Of a DNA stretch of 64,000 bases, positions 8,159-19,200 are shown in pieces. The notes beneath the pieces were generated by a model that saw only the letters and a program-made list of their open reading frames with translations, was not told the origin of the DNA and did no database searches. The stretch is from Blastocatellia bacterium (GTDB lineage Bacteria; Acidobacteriota; Blastocatellia; UBA7656): NCBI GenBank assembly GCA_963765495.1, contig CAVXWP010000013.1, positions 64,001 through 128,000 on the forward strand, read 5' to 3'. Positions within the stretch are counted from its first letter, which is position 1, and each line of letters begins with the position of its first letter. A program made the position numbers and the translations under genes.

Positions 8159-10458
8159 GAAATCTGACAGTAAGAAACCTGGCAGTAAGAAATCGCAAGT
8201 TTCTGCTCGTGCTTTTGATGATGATCGCCCTGATTTACAATTCGCGCCCGATTGAGGGCTGCGGGCCGTTTGTTGCGCGAGCTATTTTTACTTACGATCT
8301 GCATCCCGATTTTCCGATTGCGCGATTCGCCGCCGGAGAGCTTGGCGTGCTTCGGCCAAAATATGCGCGCTCTTATCTGTTTGTGGCATATCGCTATTTC
8401 ACAGGCACCGGGTTTGACCGCGAAGAGCAGAAAGGGGTCGCCTCTTTATGGGATGAGCGGCTGAAGCCTTACTGGGACAACGAATCGGAAGAAGGCCCTG
8501 TGAAGAAATGGCTCGACGCGAGAGCCAGGGTGGCAGGAGCCACAGAGTTGAAGGAACTCGATGTCGTCAAAAGCGAAGATAAGCAAGACCGTTACCTCTA
8601 CTATTACAATTGCACCGATGATGCGTTTCAAACGGCGACAGACACGCTGAACGGGTTGATAACCAGATTCGGCGCTTCGAGCCAGGAGGTGAAAGCCTGG
8701 CTTGAGGCTCAGGACCGGGTATTTACCAACTGCTCGAATGGACCGGCGATACCCGATGCGCCCCCTGCTGCGTGGCAAGCGCCGCTTAAAGATGACCGAA
8801 CTTACCAGATAGCCTCGGCCAATTTTTACGCGGGCAATTTCGACGCGGCGGAGAAGACATTTCGCTCCATCGCCGCCGACGCCTCCTCGCCCTGGAAACA
8901 GATAGCGCCTTATCTGGCCGCTCGCGCGCTTGTGCGAAAAGGGACCTTGAACGCGAAGGAGGGCGAGATAGACGAGACTGCCCTGAAGCAGGCCGAGGCT
9001 CAATTAAAGACCATCACGACCGATCAGAAACTGACCGCCTATCACGCGGCGGCAAAACGATTGCTCAGTTTCGTAGCCTTCCGGCTTCATCCCGTAGAGC
9101 GACTTCGCGAACTTGCTGCGTCTTTGCTCAAGAAGAACTCCGGCCCGACCATAAAACAGGATTTGTGGGATTACACCCTGCTGCTCGATAAGTATGAAAA
9201 CGATGTAGAAGAGGAAAAGAAATTCGACGCGCTTCCTGCCGTAATAAGAGAAGATGACATGACCGATTGGATTATGACCTTTCAGCTTCCGGGCGATGCC
9301 GCGCTCAATTATTCGCTGGAAAAATGGGAGAAGACATCATCTTTGCCCTGGATGGTAGCTTCGCTCGCAAAGCTAGACGGTCAGAACCCCCGGACGCCAA
9401 AGCTTCTGGAAGCGGCGGCAAAGGTAAAGCCCTCTTCTCCGGCCTTTGCTACTGTAGCCTTTCATCGTCTGCGACTGATGATCGACACAGGCAAAAAGGA
9501 CGCGGCCCGCGCGGAGCTTGACGGATTGCTTGCCGGAGGCGATAAGGCGTTTCCGCCCTCGACCCTCAACTCGTTTCGCGCGCTCAGGATGAGAGTAGCT
9601 CGCAATCTGGAAGAGTTTCTCAAATATGCTGAGCGTGTGCCATCGGCCGTCACCTACGATGAAGACGGCAGAGAGCTTCCTTCGGATATAAGCGAAGACG
9701 AGCAACTGAAGGCATATGCAAACGGGAAGATCAGTTTCGATAGTGACGCGACCGAGATTATGAACGAGAAACTACCTGTGAGCGTGCTAAAGCAAGCCGC
9801 GCTCAGCGAAGCCCTTCCGGCGCATCTTCATCAGAGGGTTGCGCTTGCTGCGTGGGTCAGAGTGGCCTTGCTTGATAACGACGCGGCAGGAAAACCTTCG
9901 GCTGAGGCTCTTGAAAAGCTCATTCCCGACCTGAAACAGTATCTTGACGATTATCTTTCAGCCGCGACTCCGGAAGAGCGAAAGTATGCCGCTCTCTACC
10001 TGATTTTGAAATTTCCCGGCTCTCAGCCATACGTCTCTCCGGGGATAGGGAGGCAGACGCCGCTTGGTGAAATTGATAATTACAGGGATAACTGGTGGTG
10101 TTCGTTCGATCCGACAGACGAGTCTAACCAGCTCGGGCACGGCAAACAGGAAGGCGAGACGGTCTATCCCGATTTCTTAAGCAGCACGGAGAAGGCAGAG
10201 ACAAAAGCCGATATGCAAAAGCTTGCCGCGCTAGGATTTGCGCCCAACTATCTTTGCGCGGAGGCCGTCAGATGGGCAAATGCGAAACCCGGCGATCCGC
10301 GTGTGCCCGAAGCCCTTCATCTGGCAGTGAAGTCAACCCGCTATGGATGCACAAATGATGATACGGGTAAGTTCTCAAAACAGGCATACGATCTGCTTCA
10401 CAGGAAATACCCCAAGAGCACCTGGGCCGAAAAGACGAAGTATTGGTACAAAGGGTGA
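8149..10458 (+). CDS. Large secreted alpha-helical/TPR-like protein
   Basis: Signal peptide ending ..GCGP; helical repeats; C-terminal LHRKYPKSTWAEKTKYWY; overlaps DUF3142-like gene. Confidence 0.65.
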   Translation: MAVRNLTVRNLAVRNRKFLLVLLMMIALIYNSRPIEGCGPFVARAIFTYDLHPDFPIARFAAGELGVLRPKYARSYLFVAYRYFTGTGFDREEQKGVASLWDERLKPYWDNESEEGPVKKWLDARARVAGATELKELDVVKSEDKQDRYLYYYNCTDDAFQTATDTLNGLITRFGASSQEVKAWLEAQDRVFTNCSNGPAIPDAPPAAWQAPLKDDRTYQIASANFYAGNFDAAEKTFRSIAADASSPWKQIAPYLAARALVRKGTLNAKEGEIDETALKQAEAQLKTITTDQKLTAYHAAAKRLLSFVAFRLHPVERLRELAASLLKKNSGPTIKQDLWDYTLLLDKYENDVEEEKKFDALPAVIREDDMTDWIMTFQLPGDAALNYSLEKWEKTSSLPWMVASLAKLDGQNPRTPKLLEAAAKVKPSSPAFATVAFHRLRLMIDTGKKDAARAELDGLLAGGDKAFPPSTLNSFRALRMRVARNLEEFLKYAERVPSAVTYDEDGRELPSDISEDEQLKAYANGKISFDSDATEIMNEKLPVSVLKQAALSEALPAHLHQRVALAAWVRVALLDNDAAGKPSAEALEKLIPDLKQYLDDYLSAATPEERKYAALYLILKFPGSQPYVSPGIGRQTPLGEIDNYRDNWWCSFDPTDESNQLGHGKQEGETVYPDFLSSTEKAETKADMQKLAALGFAPNYLCAEAVRWANAKPGDPRVPEALHLAVKSTRYGCTNDDTGKFSKQAYDLLHRKYPKSTWAEKTKYWYKG

Positions 10459-10459
10459 G

Positions 10460-10574
10460 GCACTCAATGATGCGTGATGCGTAATGCGTGATTTTCAGGC
10501 ATATGGCAGTTAACAGATAATTGCCAATCTCCGGGTCACGCTTCACGCTTCACGATTCACGGTTCATTGAGTGC
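10460..10574. repeat. Heptamer-arm palindromic element (GTGATGC family) between convergent genes
   Basis: Perfect GCACTCAATGA/TCATTGAGTGC ends with (GCGTGAT)n and (TTCACGC)n arms. Confidence 0.75.
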
Positions 10575-10577
10575 ATC

Positions 10578-11591
10578 CTACTTCGACAGTTCCTGAGTTT
10601 CGTCGAGCAGGCTCTTGTAGCCGCGCAGGAATTTTCCGTAAACACCGTTCCAGGGCGGTATGACTATAGAGACCGCGCCGTGGGCTTGAGCCTGACAGGC
10701 CAGCCGGATGATAGGCTTTGGTTCGTCCGTGTCTATGTAGCCGAATTCCTTTATCCTGCGACTCTCAAGCGGGGCGACGCTTGAAAGCTTTTCCGCTCCG
10801 CCAAGCACCCCCACCCAGCACGTGCCGCAGGAAGCCGAGCGGCATTGCACGGGAATAGGGCCTTCATCGACCGTACAGCGCGAGTCTCGTGATACAAAAT
10901 CGCGCTTGTCATTGGCCGCCGCCGTTGTCAGATGCTGCGTGTTTATAAGCTTGAATGCGGCGCTCGCGTCATTCTCGTCGAATGTGATTGTGTATACCTT
11001 CTCTTCCCCCTTGAGAAATCCGAACAATCCCTGACCGTCATCACGCGCGCGCTCCTTCAATATCTGATCGGGCGATTTGGATGCGCGCCGGCCCGACAAA
11101 AGCACTTTGCCCGGCGAGAACTTGAAGGCATCCAAACCTGTCTGCTGCAATGTCATAAAGGCGACCGCTGTAATGCCTGTCAGTAGAGACTGCTCGGCCT
11201 TCACCTTACCTGCGATTTCCCCCGCAAATTCGCGTATCAGGAGCGCAAGGTCGAGACTTGCCGGGGCCCTGGCCGAAATTGCGCGCTCGATAAGCAATTG
11301 TTTGACCTCGGGCCAGTAGCGATGTCCGTACAGAAATGTGTGTGAAGTGTCTATGTGATCCTTCAGCAGGTATCGCCCCTGCATGACAAGCCTTCTCGCA
11401 AGGTCTTCCGGGTCGGGAGCCTGATCGAATGCCCGCGCGATCTCAAGCGGAAAGAAGGCGAACCAGATGCGGGTGGCCGTCCGGTCAACCTCGTGTATGT
11501 GTGAAAGAAGAGATCGAATGATTTCGGCCCACTCTCCGCTCTCGTGCCGGTTTAGGAATGCTTCGAAAAGGGGTGCATCTTTTGTGCTCAT
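10578..11591 (-). CDS. Protein with C-terminal 2Fe-2S ferredoxin domain
   Basis: CRSASCGTC...RLACQA plant-type 2Fe-2S ligands; ATG 11591 has a GAGGT RBS. Confidence 0.75.
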   Translation of the reverse strand: MSTKDAPLFEAFLNRHESGEWAEIIRSLLSHIHEVDRTATRIWFAFFPLEIARAFDQAPDPEDLARRLVMQGRYLLKDHIDTSHTFLYGHRYWPEVKQLLIERAISARAPASLDLALLIREFAGEIAGKVKAEQSLLTGITAVAFMTLQQTGLDAFKFSPGKVLLSGRRASKSPDQILKERARDDGQGLFGFLKGEEKVYTITFDENDASAAFKLINTQHLTTAAANDKRDFVSRDSRCTVDEGPIPVQCRSASCGTCWVGVLGGAEKLSSVAPLESRRIKEFGYIDTDEPKPIIRLACQAQAHGAVSIVIPPWNGVYGKFLRGYKSLLDETQELSK

Positions 11592-11705
11592 ATTTACCTC
11601 TGCTTTGCAAAATATCGCTCTCAAATAGAAACGGGCATTTTAGCAGCATCCTCTCTATTGCTCAAACAGACTCGCGGTGAGCGATTAATTATGAAAGCAA
11701 AAGGT

Positions 11706-11890
11706 CAGGGCCATTCAGTTTTTGACCTGTGAGCAATTTGAACAAAAGGTTATGCTAATAGCCCACGGATCGGACGGATTTTCACGGATCAGATCAAATA
11801 CGGTCAGATCCGCGTAAATCCGTCGCATCCGCGTCATCCGTGGGCTATTCCCATTTCATATACTACATTTTGGAAAACTGAATGACCCTG
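11706..11890. mobile_element. MITE-like element with CAGGG ends containing a nested nonamer-arm hairpin
   Basis: CAGGGCCATTCAGTTTT and AAAACTGAATGACCCTG are 16/17 inverted; inner perfect 14-bp IR AATAGCCCACGGAT (11757-11770) / ATCCGTGGGCTATT (11836-11849); no clean target duplication. Confidence 0.55.
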
Positions 11891-11915
11891 ACAAAGCGAC
11901 AGAACAGGCTGAAAA

Positions 11916-13268
11916 CTACCTCCGCCACTCGATGGGGAAAAACGCGCCGGCTTTTTCCGGCTCTATTTTCATCCCGACCAGTTCCGCCGCGCGCGAGATT
12001 ACCGGATCGCGGTTGGATGCCATATCCGCGCCCGAAGGCAACAACACTTCATCAGGTGTAACCCCCTCTCGCTCCAGGCTCTTGCCGTCCGTCATTACGA
12101 TATCGGCATCGGTTATGCTTGCGCCATAAAGTACTACCGTATTCACACCCATCTGAAAAGTGTGCCCCATAGACCTCATGACCGCACCCGAGGTGCGGTC
12201 GCCCAGAACCTTCGCTCGCTTTTCAATCTGCATTACACGCGCAAACAGCTCAGAGGCCGAGGCTGATTTGCTGTCCACGAGGACGACGACATTCCCCTCA
12301 AAGGCATCTTTGCCTCTCGATTTGACCATTAGCGGTTTCGTCTCCTTGCGCCTTTTTATATCCCCTATCTTCACATCTGTTGAGAAGAAGTGACCCAGTA
12401 GCCTGAGAAGTGTAGTCTCGTAACCGCCGCTATTGCCGCGAAGGTCTAAGATGAGCGCCTTTCGCTTGCGAATCTTGCTCATCATATCGTCTACCTGCTG
12501 CTCGGACAGATCGAAATGAGGCATCTTCCATATAAACAGATCATCGCCCAATTCATAATAGCGATGGCGATTCAGGCGGTCTTCGTCTTCGCCCTCTCTT
12601 ATGAGTCTGCCGATATCTGCGCCTCCGTCGCTGCCTGTGAGGTCCAGAGTCCTCTTCGATTGCTGTACCTTTGCCGGCAAATCCAGTTCTCGCGGTTGTC
12701 CGCCGGGGCTCTGCGCCACCACGCGCAAACCCGGCTGGGGTCTCAGCGTATAGTACAAATAGGTCATCTTCCACATGTTCTCTCTGGCCGGTGTATATCC
12801 TTCGATCGACAGCAGCAAATCGCCCGGCTTGAGCCCTTTTGCTTCGGCATCGCTGCCGGGCTTTACCGCCACCACATAACACTTGTCGCCTATCATCTGC
12901 ATCTGCCATCCGTAATCAACTCTTATGGTTCTCGACGGCGGTATAAAGAAAGTATGCGAGTCGTCCAGGTCCAAAAGTGCTTGAGCAACTATGCCAAAGA
13001 CCTGGCCGAGCGAGGTAGCCTGATCTATTTTCTCGTCGGCGGCCTTGAATCGCGCATCGAGGTCCATGCCGTGAAAGTTGGGATCATAGTAATCCTTCTC
13101 AATGCTCTTTTTTATCACTTTCAGCATCGTGTGACCCCGGTCGCGGTCAATCCCATCAAGTTTCTGCGCGCGCGCAGGGAAAGATTGCTCCGCGATAAGC
13201 AGACAGACTGCCGTCAGCGCCAGCAGCGCCCGACGTAAACAATCAGGAAAATTATTTAATATCCTCAT
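11916..13268 (-). CDS. S41 family C-terminal processing peptidase with PDZ domain
   Basis: DSHT, ILDLRGNSGG, SASASELFA and GVTPD; ATG 13268 with AAGGAG RBS and signal peptide. Confidence 0.88.
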   Translation of the reverse strand: MRILNNFPDCLRRALLALTAVCLLIAEQSFPARAQKLDGIDRDRGHTMLKVIKKSIEKDYYDPNFHGMDLDARFKAADEKIDQATSLGQVFGIVAQALLDLDDSHTFFIPPSRTIRVDYGWQMQMIGDKCYVVAVKPGSDAEAKGLKPGDLLLSIEGYTPARENMWKMTYLYYTLRPQPGLRVVAQSPGGQPRELDLPAKVQQSKRTLDLTGSDGGADIGRLIREGEDEDRLNRHRYYELGDDLFIWKMPHFDLSEQQVDDMMSKIRKRKALILDLRGNSGGYETTLLRLLGHFFSTDVKIGDIKRRKETKPLMVKSRGKDAFEGNVVVLVDSKSASASELFARVMQIEKRAKVLGDRTSGAVMRSMGHTFQMGVNTVVLYGASITDADIVMTDGKSLEREGVTPDEVLLPSGADMASNRDPVISRAAELVGMKIEPEKAGAFFPIEWRR

Positions 13269-13435
13269 CAGTTCAAACTCCTTAATTAAATTGTGAGTAT
13301 TACGGCTGGGTTGATGGAAACCACTGTATGAGTGCAGCCGAAAGAGAACCGATATATTAACAGAAAACGTTATGTGGGAAAAGAATATTATCTTGCGAAA
13401 AGATTGCTTTTGACTTGTTTGATTACCGCGAGGCG

Positions 13436-13480
13436 TGGCTTCACCGCAGAGCAGAGCTCGGGACTTTTGCGGTGAAGCCA
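13436..13480. terminator. Hairpin downstream of HD-GYP response regulator (possible terminator or RNA stabiliser)
   Basis: Perfect 13-bp IR TGGCTTCACCGCA / TGCGGTGAAGCCA; no clear U tract. Confidence 0.5.
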
Positions 13481-13532
13481 CTGGTTTATGCGGCTGGTTT
13501 ATGCGACTGGTTTATGCGACTGGTTTATGCGA
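13481..13532. repeat. 13-bp tandem repeat x4 covering a stop codon
   Basis: CTGGTTTATGCG(G/A) x4; last copy holds the stop of 13525..14721. Confidence 0.9.
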
Positions 13533-14721
13533 CGGCCAGGCTGAGCGGGCCGGTCACTCCCGTGTGACGCTTGAGCGAGACGATAAACGAACGCAACTCG
13601 TGCTGATCTATTATCTGTTCGATATAATCCTCGGTTTGAGCGGTCGAGCGTATCTCTGTCCATTCGCTCATGGGAATGGCTAAGAAGGCACTAACGACTT
13701 TCGGATCGAAATGAGTTCCAAGGTTGGCGACTATCTCGTCGCGAGCCGCCGTATAGGAAGCTGCCGCGCGGTAAGGTCTGTCGCTTGTTATCGCGTCGAA
13801 GGCATCGGCGACTGCAAAAATGCGCGCGTTTATGTGTATCTGTTCTCCGCGCAGGGCATTTGGATAACCGCTGCCGTTATACTTTTCGTGATGCTGGCCC
13901 ACAATTGGGCGCGCGCCCGATAGAAAGTCTATCCCGCCGATTATGGATAACCCGTAGTCAATGTGCTGGCGCATCTCCGTCCATTCGTCTTCGGTAAGCG
14001 AGCCGCGCTTGCGGAGTATGGAATCGGGCACGCCTATCTTTCCTATATCGTGAAGCAACGCGCCCTGCTCGAGCCCTATCAGATCGTTATGCGACAAACC
14101 CAGTTCTCTGCCCAGTCTGAGGCTATAGGCGACCACGCGATCCGAATGACCCGAAGTCTCGACATCGCGCGCCTCCAATGCCTTGGCGAGCGCGCGTAAT
14201 GTTGCGCGGTAGTTTGTGTAGAGCGCCTCAAGCGTCTGATTGAGGTTTTCGTTTAGCATCCGCAGTTCTTTGGTCCTCTCCTTGACCATCTCTTCCAGTG
14301 ATTCCTCGTAACGGCGTTTGGCAATATTGAGACTCTGATACCGAAGGGCGCGATCAACTGCCATCATCAACTGTGAGAGGTCGAAAGGCTTTGTTACATA
14401 ATCAAACGCTCCGTGCCTCATGGCTTCAATTGCATACTCAATATCGGTCATCCCCGACACCATAATCACCACCGTTTCCGGGCAGGCTTTATTGATGTAC
14501 TGGCACAGCTCAAGCCCGGAAGTGCCGGGCATGGTTATGTCGGACAGCACAAGGTTGAAGGTCCCTCCCGCCAACAGACTCGTGGCTTCATCGGCGCTTG
14601 AGGCCGTGACGCAGTTATAATCATCTGATAAGTATGCAGTCAGAAGCTTTCGTATTGGCTCCTCATCATCGACAATCAAAATCGAAAAATTGCTCTTCTT
14701 GTGCGTATACATATGTCTCAC
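13525..14721 (-). CDS. Response regulator with HD-GYP c-di-GMP phosphodiesterase domain
   Basis: REC domain (IVDD, SDITMPG, KPF) plus HDIGK and HHEKYNGSGYP. Confidence 0.92.
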   Translation of the reverse strand: MRHMYTHKKSNFSILIVDDEEPIRKLLTAYLSDDYNCVTASSADEATSLLAGGTFNLVLSDITMPGTSGLELCQYINKACPETVVIMVSGMTDIEYAIEAMRHGAFDYVTKPFDLSQLMMAVDRALRYQSLNIAKRRYEESLEEMVKERTKELRMLNENLNQTLEALYTNYRATLRALAKALEARDVETSGHSDRVVAYSLRLGRELGLSHNDLIGLEQGALLHDIGKIGVPDSILRKRGSLTEDEWTEMRQHIDYGLSIIGGIDFLSGARPIVGQHHEKYNGSGYPNALRGEQIHINARIFAVADAFDAITSDRPYRAAASYTAARDEIVANLGTHFDPKVVSAFLAIPMSEWTEIRSTAQTEDYIEQIIDQHELRSFIVSLKRHTGVTGPLSLAVA

Positions 14722-14782
14722 TCCTTTTGAGGCCCAAGGCGCAGATTCGTAATAACTAATCCATCAAAGCAACTAAAATATC

Positions 14783-14798
14783 AGCAAAGAGTATGCCT
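14783..14798 (-). promoter_or_regulatory. Putative sigma54 -24/-12 promoter
   Basis: Minus strand AGGCATACTCTTTGCT fits GG-N10-GC, about 60 nt upstream of the HD-GYP regulator. Confidence 0.5.
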
Positions 14799-15001
14799 CG
14801 ATTCAAACCGGCCCCGATTCTCTTTTTTGCAGAAAATACGAGTATTAACGGCCTGGTCTCGATGGATCGATGAGAGGACATTGGCATCACGTGTGGAGAA
14901 ATGCCGCGCAGGATCGAAGTATCTGGCGATTGCCAGCAACTTGCAAAACAGAGCGGATAAAGAAAGGAATCTCTTCCGGTTTGTGTATCGGGGGAGGCGT
15001 T

Positions 15002-15043
15002 TTTTTCTTTCCAGCTCGCGCCTTTTTCTTTCCTGCTCGCGCC
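15002..15043. repeat. 21-bp tandem duplication at stop codon of TPR gene
   Basis: TTTTTCTTTCC(A/T)GCTCGCGCC x2 abutting the stop codon. Confidence 0.75.
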
Positions 15044-16071
15044 TATTTCTTACCCTGCGCTTGTTTTCGAAGCTTTTCGATCACTTCGCGTATCTGGCGC
15101 GAATTGGGCGATTCGGGGTTCTCTTTCAGAAACGCCTCAAGCTGTTGAATTGCCTTCACGGGCTCGCCCTTCAGGTCATACAGATTCGCCAGATAGATGT
15201 GCGCAAGCGCGGGCTTGTCGATTTCGTAGGCTCGTAAGAGATTAACCTCGGCTGCGGCGTAATCGCTCGTCATCATCTGTGCGAAACCGAGGAAAAGATG
15301 CGCTGTAGAGGATTGCTTGTTTAACTCTATGCCCCGTCGCAAGGGGATGAGCGCATCCTGATAAGACTTTTGTTTGACCAGCAGGACTCCGAATCCTATG
15401 TAGGCGTCGGCGCGGTCGGCCTTAATTTGGATGGCTTTTTGATAGGCGGTTTTCGCCTCGTCGTTTCGTTGGAGTTTCGCATACTGCTCGCCCATCAAAA
15501 CGTGCGCGTCGTAATAATCGGGGTAAACCCGGATCGCTTCCTGAAAATTCTTTATCGCGCGTTCCGGCTGATTGTCGCTTGCTCGCTTTACCCCCTTCTC
15601 AAACTCTTTCCTTGCGGCTTCGGGTATGTTTGAGTCAAAGGCTTCGACGGAAATCACTCCGGTGGGCGGCAGTTGCTTGCTCGCTCTTGGCCTCAACTGG
15701 ATATTCTGAGTAAAGGTTTGTGGCGCGCTCCCGAAGGCAGAGACCTCGGCATAGATGGTCGTAGTCTCAAAGGTGCTGCCGTCGCCTTCGGCCGTAAGCT
15801 GGTACGTCCCGCGATTCAAAGCCCCAAATGTGAATCTACCGCTCAGGTCCGTAAATGTCTCGTATATTCGCCTGCCGTTAAACGTAAGCGTTACCTTGAT
15901 TGGAGTTTGCGGCTGAATCCCATTCGGCAAAACAACCTTGCCCTGAAGCGTGTGCAGACCCTGAGCGTAATTTGTTGCTGCAAGTATCAAAAGCAGGAGC
16001 GGGATTGTGAGCAGGAGCGGGATTGGGGCGAAGCCAAAAGCCATCTGCCTGCTTATGGTCACCAAATTCAT
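15043..16071 (-). CDS. Secreted carboxypeptidase-regulatory-like domain plus TPR protein
   Basis: Signal peptide, TDLSGRFTF..L..GTYQL beta-sandwich, several TPR motifs; start uncertain. Confidence 0.8.
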   Translation of the reverse strand: MNLVTISRQMAFGFAPIPLLLTIPLLLLILAATNYAQGLHTLQGKVVLPNGIQPQTPIKVTLTFNGRRIYETFTDLSGRFTFGALNRGTYQLTAEGDGSTFETTTIYAEVSAFGSAPQTFTQNIQLRPRASKQLPPTGVISVEAFDSNIPEAARKEFEKGVKRASDNQPERAIKNFQEAIRVYPDYYDAHVLMGEQYAKLQRNDEAKTAYQKAIQIKADRADAYIGFGVLLVKQKSYQDALIPLRRGIELNKQSSTAHLFLGFAQMMTSDYAAAEVNLLRAYEIDKPALAHIYLANLYDLKGEPVKAIQQLEAFLKENPESPNSRQIREVIEKLRKQAQGKK

Positions 16072-16143
16072 TTGCGGCTCCCCTGTACGGAAATAAAATC
16101 CGTTATGCTCGTCTGAGATTTCAAATCTCAAATCTCAGATGGG

Positions 16144-16177
16144 AAAAGGCCGTGACTCGCGCGAGTCACGGCCTTTT
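16144..16177 (-). terminator. Intrinsic terminator after TonB-dependent receptor
   Basis: AAAAGGCCGTGACTCGCGCGAGTCACGGCCTTTT perfect palindrome. Confidence 0.85.
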
Positions 16178-16200
16178 GGTGTTCGGCCAAAAACTTCAAC

Positions 16201-19200
16201 TTAGAAGGTGAAGCGGAAACCGAATTGCGCCTGGAACGGAATTCCTATCGGCTCGGAGAATCCGGTGGCCCCAAAGAAGTTTACCGGCTTCTGGAAATTG
16301 GGCGTTCCGACAGTTTGCCCGTAGGAATTGCCGAAATTCCCGGTGTTGAAAATATTGAAGGCTTCAAAGAAGAGACCGAGTTTAGCCCTCTCATTGAAGT
16401 TGATGTATTTCGACACTCTCAGGTTCACCTGCGAGAAATTATCGCCGCGCTCGGTTGAAGGCGGCAAATGATCCTGGTCGTTTCCGTCGCGGGTTTCGCG
16501 GTCGTTCAAAACGCCGTCCCTGTTTATGTCAGCGCCTCCGGCCGGGAAGATGCTGTAAGGTCGCGCCGACGACAACTGAAGGATAGGCGCAAGCTGGAAG
16601 CCCCACGGCAGATCGAACACGCCCGACACCACAAAGCGATGACGCTCGTCTTCGCCCGTGTGACCAAATTCGGCAGCCGGGTCAAACTTGTTGAACGGAT
16701 TCTGTGGCTGAAGGCCAAAGTCAGAGACTATGCCAAACCATGCAAGCGTTCGCGCAAGCGTGTAGTGAGCATTCAACAGGAACTTATTCGCGTACCGCTT
16801 CTTGAAGGAAATGGTAAGCGCGTCATAGCGCGAACGCCCGTCGGATTGCGCCACGCGGATATTGGTAAAAGGAACCACCTGGCCAAATTCCGCCTGGAGT
16901 TCGCTTGCGTGCGCCAGAATAGCCGGGGTCAACAACCGCCCCGGATTCGGGTCCGTACGTTGCAGCCCGAGCAGAGGCCCGATGCGCGGGTTTATGTTCA
17001 ACTGCGTGAATTCGTGCAGACCCAATATGTGAACGTAGTCGAATTCGATGGCCGCGTTTCTCCATAATTCCTGGGCGAATCCCGCGTTGAACTGCTGTGA
17101 ATAAGGAGCCTCGAAATCAGGATCGATCAAGCGCCCCGTTACCGGGAACCCTATCGGCGGGTTGACGAGCGGGCGCGGGAAAGGCGGCGGCGGCGACGCC
17201 AGGCTCAGATTCGGACTGTCATCAACGATGAAGGCATAAATCTCATCGTTGGCCTGCTGCACCGCAAATAACGGCACGTTCAGGAACGACTGGTCATAGT
17301 AAATGCCGTAACCGCCTCGCACAACCGACCGGCTGTCGCCAAACAGATCATAGGCAAATCCGATGCGCGGCGAGAAGTTGTTCTTGTCGTCCTTGACCAC
17401 TCTATCGCCGTAGGGGTTGCCGATGATATTCAAGAAACGGAAGGTGCGATTGTTGGCCTGGTGGTTGGCATCAAAGAATCCGAGGTCAACGTCATAGCGC
17501 AGGCCTACGTTGAGAGTCAGGCGAGAACTGACTTTCCAGTCATCCTGCACATACCAGGATATATTCTTTGCGCCGTCCCTCAGATCGAAGCTCGGATTGC
17601 CGCCTGCAAGCAGTGTGTCGACGACTACCCCAAGCCCGTCTAAATCCGCCTGACTGCAACCGGGCACACCGATGAAACCACAGGTAATCGGACCGGGCCG
17701 CACCTGGCTCGTGAAAAACCCTTGCGGGAACTGATTCGGATTGTTGATGATTTCACTCGGATCGAAGCCGAAATCATATTCCGGCGCTGAGAGGAAGGCG
17801 AACAGTCCGCCGAGCTTTGGAACATCGGTGAAGTCAATGCCAAACTTCAATCCGTGCTTGCCCTTGCTCCAGGTCAGGTCATCGCGGAACTGGTGCTTCC
17901 TTTGAAGCGTTTGCTGCGGCACGTTGCCGTTGCGGCCTACCCCGTTTGCAAGGCTCGGAAACGTCAAGAGCGGCAAATCGGTAGTCGCGCCGATTTGGTT
18001 GTCAAAGTCTGAAAACTGATAGAGGAACTGGTTGACGATATGCGAGCTTGCCGTCCAGGTCCAGGAACCGAGGAAGTTGTACAGATCGTTTTTCGTGGTG
18101 TTGCCGCCCGAAAGGTCTGTAAAGACCGTAAGGAAACCCGCCTGATCGTTCAATCCGTGGTTGTTCTGGCCCGCGAATCTGAAAGAGAGAGCGTGGTTTG
18201 AGGCGGCATTATAATCCAGCTTGACTGTGTATTGATGATCGTCGAAGGGTTGAGGAAGGAATCGAACGGCCTGATAACCCAGCGGTTCGAGCAGTTGTAT
18301 CTCGTTAAAAGCGAAGGTCGGAACTATGGAGTTTCCGCGCTCGCGGGTGCGCTCATAAGCGCCGAAGAAGAAGAACTTGTCCTTCACTATCGGGCCGCCG
18401 ACCGAGCCGCCGAATTGCTGGCGATTGAATGGAGGCTTTATCGCATCACCCGGATCAAACAGAGTGGAGTTGGCCTTGGCTAAGAGCGCGGGCGCATTCG
18501 CGTTAAATTTATCGTCGCGGAAGAACCCGAAAGCCGAGCCATGAAAAGTATTGCTGCCGCTCTTGCTGACCACCGAAAGCAGCGCGCCGCCTGAACGCCC
18601 GTTGGCGGCTGAAAAACGCTGCGTCGAGAGCGCAAACTCCTGGATGCTTTCCATAGTGAAGTTCTGCAAAATCCCGCCCACGGCGTTGTCTTTATTGTCG
18701 CCCCCGTCAATGGTTATGTTGAGGTTGCGGCCTGTTGATCCGCCCACCGAAAATGTGCCTACACGGGATTTGGTCGGATCAAACGACGGCTGGAGAGTTG
18801 CGCCCGGCACCAGCACCGCAAGCGACGCAAACGACCGGCCATTTACGGGCAGACTCTCAAGTTCGCGCTGATTGATTACGCCACCGACCTCGGTCTTGCC
18901 GGTTTCAATCAGCGGCGCAGACTCGCCCGTAACAGTTACCTGTTCGGTTGACCCGGCTGGCTTCAACTCCGAATCAATGGAAACGCGCGACAGCGCATTG
19001 ACAGTAATAGGTTCTTGAACGTATTTGGCAAATCCCTGCGCTTCAATCTCCAGGCGATAGGCAGCCGGTACAAGCGCAGGAAGTTCGAACGTGCCTGAAT
19101 CCCCCGTAGTGGTTGTGCGCTGAGCGCCGGTTGCCGTGTTTGTTGCCGTTACCCTTGCTCCGGCTACCACAGCGCCCTCCTGGTCCTTGACGACCCCGGA

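Noticed and set aside
13481-13532. CRISPR array (also 27720-27779 and 39552-39600)
   Set aside because: Units are 13-17 nt, directly adjacent with no spacers; no cas genes
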